This document shows positions 57,500 to 64,000 of a stretch of DNA of 64,000 nucleotides, piece after piece. Each line of letters begins with the position of its first letter. The stretch's first letter is position 1. The notes beneath the pieces are model-generated. The model saw nothing but the letters and a program-made list of their open reading frames with translations, was not told the DNA's origin and made no database searches. A program made the translations under genes and the position numbers. The DNA is taken from sequence record NC_019401.1. The stretch is one strand, 5' to 3'.

Positions 57500-59242
57500 A
57501 TGAGTAGTTGGAAACGACATATGACAATGGGGCGTTCTAAGATTTCGAGCACCCCACAAAATAATAATCCAGTACAAACATCAGGAGCAAAGACTAACTT
57601 TGCTTCATATCTACCTGCTGTTTATACTGGTCTTGCGAATCGTGTTGACCGTTATCGTCAATATGACCAAATGGATCAAGATCCAGAAATCAGAACAGCT
57701 TTAAATATCATTGCAGATTTTTGTACTCAAAGTACTAAAGATTTTGGTTTACCATTTCAGATTCAATATAAAGATGAAATGGGTGATAGTGAAGTTACTA
57801 CACTAGAAGATAGATTAGAATCATGGGCTGACCAAAACCAATTCAAAATTAGAATTTATGATATTATTCGTGGAATTTTAAAATATGGAGATCAGTTCTT
57901 TGTACGAGATCCAGAAACTTTTGAATGGTATTGGGTAAACCCAATGAACGTTGATAAAGTTGTTGTCAACGAAGCGACAGGTAAAAATCCTATCATATAT
58001 TATATGCGTGATATTTCTTTGAATATTCGTGACAAGGTTATGAGTAATAATAATCTTGGATTTGATAAACAGACATACGGTGCTATGCCAAATTCATTAT
58101 CTGGTGCTGGTAATCAGTATGGTTCTGTTGGTGGTGCAGCGAGTGGAAGTACTGATAACTCAAATGCATTCGGTACTAACGGTCAGTTAGATGTATTACC
58201 AGTTGCAGCGGAACACGTAATTCACTTGTCACTAAATACTGGACAAGATCCATTTTGGCCTTTTGGTACAAGTATTTTAGAAAATATTTTTAAAGTATAT
58301 AAACAAAAAGAACTATTAGAAGATAGTATTATTATCTATCGTGTTCAACGTGCACCAGAGCGTCGTGTATTTAAAATTGACGTTGGTGATATGCAACCTC
58401 ACCAGGCAATGGCATACGTAGAACGTGTTAAAAATGATATTCATCAACGTAGAATTCCTTCTAATAAAGGTGGAAGTACTTCACTAATGGATGCTGCTTA
58501 CAACCCATTAAGTATTCTAGAAGACTATTTCTTCCCACAAACAGCGGAAGGTCGTGGTTCGTCAGTAGAAACTTTACCAGGCGGCGATAATTTAGGTCAA
58601 ATTGATGACTTACGTTATTTTAACAATAAATTAATTCGTGGTCTACAAATTCCAGCATCATATCTACCAATGGGGCCAGATGATGGCGGCGTTGCGTTAT
58701 TTGGTGATGGAGCAACACAAGCGATGGCTAGTGAATTGCGTTTTAATAACGAATGTATGCGTTATCAACGTATTATTTCTCGTATTTTTGATGAAGAATT
58801 CAAGCGTTATATGATTAAAAACGGATATAACATTAGTGCATCATCATTTGAAGTAACATTTAATCCACCAATGAACTTTGCAGCGAATCGTAAAGCTGAG
58901 ATGGATGCTAAATTAATTCAAACTTATATGCCACTAAATGATCTCAAATATTTCTCTAAACAATTCATTATGAAGAAAATGGGCTTCGAACAAGATGATA
59001 TTGTTGAGAACGAAAAATTATGGCAACAAGAAAACCCTCAAGCTATGGCAAATTCACAAGGTGTTGATGCACCAGGTGCAAATGCAGGATTGCAATCTGT
59101 TGGTATTGAGTCACCAAATAACCCTGAAACTGATTTAGGAATAGATGATGATGGTAACCTTCAAGATGCTGATTCAGAATACAAAGACCAAAATGGTGGT
59201 GATTCTGGATTTGATCCAAATAGTTTAGGCAATTCATTTTAA
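57500..59242 (+). CDS. Portal protein (T4 gp20-like)
   Basis: LLEDSIIIYRVQRAPERRVFKIDVG, EDYFFP...GRGS.VETLPGG and YF..KL..L.IP motifs. Confidence 0.96.
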   Translation: MSSWKRHMTMGRSKISSTPQNNNPVQTSGAKTNFASYLPAVYTGLANRVDRYRQYDQMDQDPEIRTALNIIADFCTQSTKDFGLPFQIQYKDEMGDSEVTTLEDRLESWADQNQFKIRIYDIIRGILKYGDQFFVRDPETFEWYWVNPMNVDKVVVNEATGKNPIIYYMRDISLNIRDKVMSNNNLGFDKQTYGAMPNSLSGAGNQYGSVGGAASGSTDNSNAFGTNGQLDVLPVAAEHVIHLSLNTGQDPFWPFGTSILENIFKVYKQKELLEDSIIIYRVQRAPERRVFKIDVGDMQPHQAMAYVERVKNDIHQRRIPSNKGGSTSLMDAAYNPLSILEDYFFPQTAEGRGSSVETLPGGDNLGQIDDLRYFNNKLIRGLQIPASYLPMGPDDGGVALFGDGATQAMASELRFNNECMRYQRIISRIFDEEFKRYMIKNGYNISASSFEVTFNPPMNFAANRKAEMDAKLIQTYMPLNDLKYFSKQFIMKKMGFEQDDIVENEKLWQQENPQAMANSQGVDAPGANAGLQSVGIESPNNPETDLGIDDDGNLQDADSEYKDQNGGDSGFDPNSLGNSF

Positions 59243-59246
59243 CAGT

Positions 59247-59254
59247 CATAAATA
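59247..59254 (+). promoter_or_regulatory. T4-type late promoter (CATAAATA)
   Basis: Lies just after the portal stop, upstream of 59299. Confidence 0.6.
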
Positions 59255-59298
59255 GTTATGATTCGTTCAGTGAACGATTAATTATAAGGATATAGGTT

Positions 59299-59529
59299 AT
59301 GTTAGACGAAATTTTTGAAGCTAAAGATGATTCTATGTACGACCCTGAAGATGATCAGACAGTATATAAAATTACCGATACTCGCAAACCTAAATTGACA
59401 TTACAAATTCTCAACAACTTGAGAAAGTACAGGGAATTTAAAAAAAACGAAGCTGCTAAACGTAATGCGGTGGTTGCTGTAGTTTATGCTCCAGCACCTG
59501 CTGAAGATTCTGGCGGTGGAATGATGTAA
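59299..59529 (+). CDS. Small head-module protein (putative prohead core component)
   Basis: 76 aa; RKPKLTL..LN.LR motif; located between portal and protease. Confidence 0.7.
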   Translation: MLDEIFEAKDDSMYDPEDDQTVYKITDTRKPKLTLQILNNLRKYREFKKNEAAKRNAVVAVVYAPAPAEDSGGGMM

Positions 59530-59583
59530 TTATTGTGAAAAGTGCCATTTTTGAGCTTTTTCGAAAATGGTATTTTTTCAATC

Positions 59584-59591
59584 TATAAATA
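59584..59591 (+). promoter_or_regulatory. T4-type late promoter (TATAAATA)
   Basis: Exact T4 consensus, preceded by a hairpin plus U-run at about 59539-59579. Confidence 0.8.
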
Positions 59592-59636
59592 ATGACATAC
59601 CAAAATAAATTTTTGTATATCTGTTTGGAGGATATA

Positions 59637-60479
59637 ATGGCTAATATTAAACTATTGCAAGAAGCTATTCAGGCTTTTGCTAATGGCGATAACGAAGTAG
59701 CAGACAAGAAAATGCGTAAGTACTTTGTTGAGCAAGCTCAAGAAATTAACAAAAAACTAGAAGAAGAAATGGATTCTGAAGAAGAAGAAATGTGTGAAGA
59801 CATTGAAACTGGCGAAGAAGAAGACATGACTGATGACGTTGGTTATAAACTTGATGAAGAAGAAGAACTTGATGAAGGTCTTTTCGGTAATGAAATGGGT
59901 AACGGTAATTCCGTGAACATCGGTTCCGGTTCTGCGTCAGGTCAAATGGACGAAGAAGACGAACATCCTGAAGAAACTGAAGAAGAATTCGGTTCTGAAG
60001 CAGAAACTGGCGAAACTCCAGATGCTGACCAATGGGAATCTATTAAAACTGCATTTGATGCTCTAGAACGTATGTTCGATGAGATCGAAGGTGGTGAAGC
60101 TGATTTCGGTGACGAAGACGGCGAAGAAGAACAAGAATCTGATGAATTTGCTGATGTAGATTTCGGTGATGACAAATTTGGTGAATCTTTCCAAATGAAG
60201 AAAGTTTCTGAACCAGAAAAATCAGAAAAAGCTGGCGTTAACAAAAAATCTGTAGTTGCTAAAAATGCTAAGTCTCCAGTAGACGGTGTTAAACCAGTAA
60301 CTATTAAAGATGGTTCTGTTGATGCAACTGACGATAAATTTGAAAACTCAGATGCGTTGGATGCTAAAGTAGAAGACCATAACAACGTTATGGATAACGG
60401 TAAACACGTTATGAAACCTGCTAAAACCCCAACCAATACTGCTGAAAAATCTAAATCAGTACTACCAAAACAAAAATAA
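59637..60479 (+). CDS. Acidic prohead core protein (gp67/gp68-like position)
   Basis: ATG at 59637 with SD GGAGG; very E/D-rich; sits between portal and protease. Confidence 0.7.
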   Translation: MANIKLLQEAIQAFANGDNEVADKKMRKYFVEQAQEINKKLEEEMDSEEEEMCEDIETGEEEDMTDDVGYKLDEEEELDEGLFGNEMGNGNSVNIGSGSASGQMDEEDEHPEETEEEFGSEAETGETPDADQWESIKTAFDALERMFDEIEGGEADFGDEDGEEEQESDEFADVDFGDDKFGESFQMKKVSEPEKSEKAGVNKKSVVAKNAKSPVDGVKPVTIKDGSVDATDDKFENSDALDAKVEDHNNVMDNGKHVMKPAKTPTNTAEKSKSVLPKQK

Positions 60480-60501
60480 TTAAAGAACGGAGATCATTTT
60501 A

Positions 60502-61134
60502 ATGAGTAATATGATTAGAGAATGGTCTTCATTCAATGATTCTAAAATAGTACTAGAGTACAAAGAGGATCAACATACTGGTCGTAAAAATTGTTACCTT
60601 AAAGGTATTGCAATTCAGGCAGACCGTAGAAACCTAAATGAACGTGTATATCCTTTTGCGGAAATCGCTAAAGCTGTAAACAATATGGCTCAGCGTATTG
60701 CACGTGGTGAAAGTATTCTTTGCGAATGTGATCACCCTGAAACCTTAACTGTAAACTTAGATCGTGTTGTTGGAATGATTACTGAAGTTTGGATGGAAGG
60801 TGCTAATGGTATGGCTACTATTATGCTACTAGACACCACACATGGTCGTGACATTCGTTCAATGATTGAGAGTGGAGTTAAACTAGGTGTAAGTTCTCGT
60901 GGTTCAGGTAATGTTGATCACAACGGTATTGTATCTGATTTCGAAATCGTAACTATTGATATTGTAGCACAACCAAGTGCTCCAGATGCGTATCCTCAAG
61001 CGGTATTTGAATCTCTGAATAGTAAGTACGGAGCACCTGTAAATAGTTCAAATCGAGTATTTGAGTCTAAAAAAGGTACTTTTAGTTCTGTAGAAAATGA
61101 AATTCATCAATTTTTTAAGAATTTAAAAGGTTAA
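60502..61134 (+). CDS. Prohead protease (T4 gp21-like)
   Basis: N.N.R.YP, DHP, GVSSRGSG and D.V..PSAP.A motifs. Confidence 0.93.
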   Translation: MSNMIREWSSFNDSKIVLEYKEDQHTGRKNCYLKGIAIQADRRNLNERVYPFAEIAKAVNNMAQRIARGESILCECDHPETLTVNLDRVVGMITEVWMEGANGMATIMLLDTTHGRDIRSMIESGVKLGVSSRGSGNVDHNGIVSDFEIVTIDIVAQPSAPDAYPQAVFESLNSKYGAPVNSSNRVFESKKGTFSSVENEIHQFFKNLKG

Positions 61135-61145
61135 TAAAATAAAAT

Positions 61146-61153
61146 TATAAATA
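61146..61153 (+). promoter_or_regulatory. T4-type late promoter (TATAAATA)
   Basis: Exact consensus upstream of the scaffold gene. Confidence 0.8.
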
Positions 61154-61203
61154 TCTGTACATCAAGAGTACAGATATTATCAGTACTTTAAAGGAGAAAA
61201 CGA

Positions 61204-62331
61204 ATGTCAAAATTGGATAAGTTTCTAAACGAATCATCTCTTTCTGACGAAGCTAAAAAGCTTATTCAGGAAGCATGGAATGAAGAAAAGGCTAATGTAG
61301 CTGCTGAAATGCGTGAAGAAATGAAAGAACGTTACCAAGAAGACTTAGCTAAATTAACCGAAGGTCTAGACAAAATGATGGCTGAAGTAATCAGCGAACA
61401 AATGTCAGAAGTATATGCTGAGAAGCGTAAACTTGTAGAAGACCGCGTTAAGCTACGTAAAACTTTAGGTAACTTCTCAGATTTCGCTAACACAGTATTA
61501 GCTGAAGAAGTTAAACAAATGCGTAATGAACGCAAACACATCAATGAAAGTCTAGAAAAATTCATGGGATTCAGTAATCGTATCCTAGCTGAAGAACTAA
61601 AAGATTTCCACGATGAAAAACGTCAACTAGTTGAAACTCGCGTTAAACTAATTGCAGAAGGTGCAAAACAAATTAACGAAGCTCGTCAGAACTTCATTAA
61701 ACGTACTGCTGAAAGTGCTGCAACTTATATCGCTGAAACCACTGAGAAGAATCTTTCTGCTCTTAAAAGTGAACTAGTCGAAGCTAAACAAAATATGTTT
61801 GGTCGTAAGATTTTCGAAGCTTTTGCTAACGAATTCTATAGTAAACAATATAACGAAAGTTCTATTCTACGTGAACTAAATGAATCTGTTAAAGAAGCTG
61901 AAGAAGAAGCAATCGCTGCTAAAGTTGCTCTACAAGAAGCAAAACAAGCTGCTGCTGAAGCTCAACGTAAAGTCCGTATCATGGAAGATAAAGCTGCTCG
62001 TTCAGCAATTATTTCTGAACTAACTAAACCTCTTACTTCACAACAAAAACAAATTATGGAATCTCTACTTTCTGCAACTCCAACCGAGAAGCTAAAAGAA
62101 GATTTCAGTAAGTACCATAAGTCTGTACTTAAAGGTACTGTAAATGAATCTGCTGCTAATTCTAGCCGTCCAGCAGTTAATACAAAGGCTAAAAATACTT
62201 TAACGGAAGGTAGTAAAGTTATTACTGGTAACCGTGAAAGTAATTTCATTAAAAACGAAGAACTATCTTCTGACGATATGAGTTTCCTAGATGAAATCGC
62301 TAAATTGTCAGGAATGGATAAAAAACGTTAA
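61204..62331 (+). CDS. Prohead core scaffold protein (T4 gp22-like)
   Basis: Coiled-coil, E/K/A-rich; located between protease and capsid genes. Confidence 0.85.
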   Translation: MSKLDKFLNESSLSDEAKKLIQEAWNEEKANVAAEMREEMKERYQEDLAKLTEGLDKMMAEVISEQMSEVYAEKRKLVEDRVKLRKTLGNFSDFANTVLAEEVKQMRNERKHINESLEKFMGFSNRILAEELKDFHDEKRQLVETRVKLIAEGAKQINEARQNFIKRTAESAATYIAETTEKNLSALKSELVEAKQNMFGRKIFEAFANEFYSKQYNESSILRELNESVKEAEEEAIAAKVALQEAKQAAAEAQRKVRIMEDKAARSAIISELTKPLTSQQKQIMESLLSATPTEKLKEDFSKYHKSVLKGTVNESAANSSRPAVNTKAKNTLTEGSKVITGNRESNFIKNEELSSDDMSFLDEIAKLSGMDKKR

Positions 62332-62356
62332 TTATTAAATGCTAATTTTTCTGTAA

Positions 62357-62364
62357 GATAAATA
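62357..62364 (+). promoter_or_regulatory. T4-type late promoter (GATAAATA)
   Basis: Lies upstream of the major capsid gene. Confidence 0.7.
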
Positions 62365-62408
62365 AAAGCATACAGAAAAGCAAAAAATATCTTTTTAAGG
62401 AGATTATA

Positions 62409-63584
62409 ATGTCACAACTATTAACTGAATCTAAATGGGCTGCTGTAAAAGATAAGCTTGTTGAAGGTCTTTCTGGTAATCGTAAAACTGTAATGGAATC
62501 AGTTCTAGATAACCAACGTAAAGTAATGCTACGTGAATCTGCAACCGCTGGTGCAACTTCTGCTGGTAACATCGCTACACTAAACAAGGTAATTCTACCT
62601 ATTATTCGTCGTGTAATGCCAACCGTTATTGCTAATGAAATCATCGGTGTTCAACCAATGACCGGCCCTGTTGGTCAAATCCATACCCTACGTGTACAAT
62701 ACGCTGATAACGCTCCAGGTGTTGTTGCAGGTGAAGAAGCTCTATCACCATACAAAATCGCTAAGTCTTATACTGGTGAAATTAACTCTGACAATACCGC
62801 ACCACGTGCTGCACCAACTTCTCAACTAGAAGGTGTTATGGGTCGTCGTGTTAACATCCGTATTCTACGTGAAACCGTAGAAGCTCAATCTCGTCGTCTA
62901 TCTGCTCGTTGGACTGTTGAATCTGCACAAGATGCACAAGCTCAACACGGTATTGACGTTGAAGCTGAACTAATGGCTGCAATCGCTCAAGAAATCACTA
63001 CTGAGATCGACCAAGAACTACTAGCTCGTCTACGTGCTCTACCAGGTGCTGCTGCTGTTGTTTACGATCAATCTAAAGTTACTGGTGTTGCTACCTTCGT
63101 TGGTGATGAACATGCTGCTCTAGCTACTCTAATCAACCGTCAAGCAAACGAAGTTGCTCGTCGTACCAAACGTGGTGCTGCAAACTGGGCCGTTGTTTCT
63201 CCAACCGCTCTAACTATTCTTCAGTCTGCAACTACTTCTAGTTTTGCACGTACTACTGAAGGTACTTTTGAAGCTCCAACTAACGTTAAATTCGTTGGTG
63301 TTCTAAACTCTACTATGCGTGTATACGTTGATACCTATGCTGATGACAGTACTGATGTACTAATCGGTTATAAAGGTAACCAAGAGACTGATGCTGGTGC
63401 ATTCTATTGCCCATACATCCCACTAATGGCTTCTGGTACTGTGATGGACCCAAATACTGGTGAACTAGTAACTAGCTTCCTAACTCGTTATGGCTATGTA
63501 CAACTAACTGATTCTACCAGTTCACTTGGGAATGCAGCCGATTACTACAGCAAAATTGCTATTCGTAACGTTACATTCATGTAA
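62409..63584 (+). CDS. Major capsid protein (T4 gp23-like)
   Basis: IIRRVMP..IA.EI.GVQPMTGP.GQI..LR, SRRL.A.WT.E.AQD, YCPYIPL and TRYG motifs. Confidence 0.97.
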   Translation: MSQLLTESKWAAVKDKLVEGLSGNRKTVMESVLDNQRKVMLRESATAGATSAGNIATLNKVILPIIRRVMPTVIANEIIGVQPMTGPVGQIHTLRVQYADNAPGVVAGEEALSPYKIAKSYTGEINSDNTAPRAAPTSQLEGVMGRRVNIRILRETVEAQSRRLSARWTVESAQDAQAQHGIDVEAELMAAIAQEITTEIDQELLARLRALPGAAAVVYDQSKVTGVATFVGDEHAALATLINRQANEVARRTKRGAANWAVVSPTALTILQSATTSSFARTTEGTFEAPTNVKFVGVLNSTMRVYVDTYADDSTDVLIGYKGNQETDAGAFYCPYIPLMASGTVMDPNTGELVTSFLTRYGYVQLTDSTSSLGNAADYYSKIAIRNVTFM

Positions 63585-63630
63585 TAAAGTAGTTATTTAG
63601 ATTTAAATAAGTCTTGATATAAATTAAAAA

Positions 63631-63655
63631 AAAGGATGCTTCGGCATCCTTTTTT
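63631..63655 (+). terminator. Intrinsic terminator with C(UUCG)G loop
   Basis: AAAGGATGC-TTCG-GCATCCTTT followed by TTT. Confidence 0.9.
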
Positions 63656-63673
63656 ACATTATAAGGAAACAAA

Positions 63674-63907
63674 GTGTTAACAGCTAATGAAATAGTAGTA
63701 GAACCCGGAAATGCTATAATTAAAAAGAAACCTGCAAGTTATTTTGAAGATGGTAAGGATGCAGTACTGTTAGAATCTCAGATAAAGAATACATTCAATT
63801 GCTCAGTACTGAAAAAAGATGATTTACCTGATGGATACACTGAAACCGTCAATGCTAGTGATATTGATGTACTAATGGAAATGATAAATTCGTTTGTTCA
63901 ACGGTAA
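63674..63907 (+). CDS. Hypothetical protein
   Basis: 77 aa; GTG start with SD AAGGA. Confidence 0.65.
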   Translation: MLTANEIVVEPGNAIIKKKPASYFEDGKDAVLLESQIKNTFNCSVLKKDDLPDGYTETVNASDIDVLMEMINSFVQR

Positions 63908-63923
63908 ATAGCTCTATGATGTA

Positions 63924-63952
63924 TGAAACGTGTACATTTTTTATGGTATAAT
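63924..63952 (+). promoter_or_regulatory. Early/middle-type promoter TGAAAC-N17-TATAAT
   Basis: TGAAAC 63924-63929 and TGGTATAAT 63944-63952. Confidence 0.75.
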
Positions 63953-63967
63953 CATGGAGACAAAAAT

Positions 63968-64000
63968 ATGAATATTAAACCAGATTCAACTGTTGTTGTT
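63968..64000 (+). CDS. Start of a gene truncated by the window edge
   Basis: ATG at 63968 with SD GGAG behind the promoter; frame open to the end of the window. Confidence 0.55.
   Translation, partial: MNIKPDSTVVV

Noticed and set aside
7419-59636. Extended N-termini in the ORF track (7419, 8436, 17768, 25608, 38069, 42612, 48842, 50734, 59592)
   Set aside because: Most have a downstream in-frame ATG with a clear SD; the extensions overlap neighbouring genes or promoters
1-64000. Stop-codon reassignment, as seen in some jumbo phages
   Set aside because: Conserved genes are full-length under the standard code and end in TAA, TGA or TAG

Overview
A 64-kb, AT-rich segment of a T4-related jumbo myovirus. 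Gene order, protein sizes and motifs resemble the 'Rak2-like' enterobacterial jumbo phages; that assignment is an inference, as no database search was possible. From left to right: (i) a cluster of acidic, low-complexity putative head or virion proteins (1-4296); (ii) a non-structural block with a MoxR AAA+ ATPase, a VWA/metallopeptidase partner, a SLOG-like protein and thymidylate synthase (4437-10344); (iii) tail fibre, fibre chaperone and structural genes, a Nudix hydrolase, and tail-terminator (gp15-like) and neck (gp14-like) genes (10375-25593); (iv) a ClpA-like chaperone; (v) a baseplate module (3341-aa wedge, gp6, gp25, lysozyme, gp5, hub, gp53, tube initiator; 28032-48737); (vi) late sigma gp55, gp47/gp46 and an endonuclease VII homolog; (vii) a ~730-nt ORF-free, helix-dense region behind its own promoter (53437-54196); (viii) gp51/gp26-like genes joined by a likely -1 frameshift, then tape measure, portal, prohead core, protease, scaffold and major capsid genes. 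Two promoter classes can be read directly: TGRAAC-N17-TATAAT (six copies) and T4-type late NATAAATA. The best novelty candidate is the putative large structured ncRNA at ~53472-54195. Next come the gp26/gp51 slippery site, the phage-specific promoter class and strong over-representation of the palindrome AGTACT. I saw no tRNA, rRNA, CRISPR array, intron or intein.
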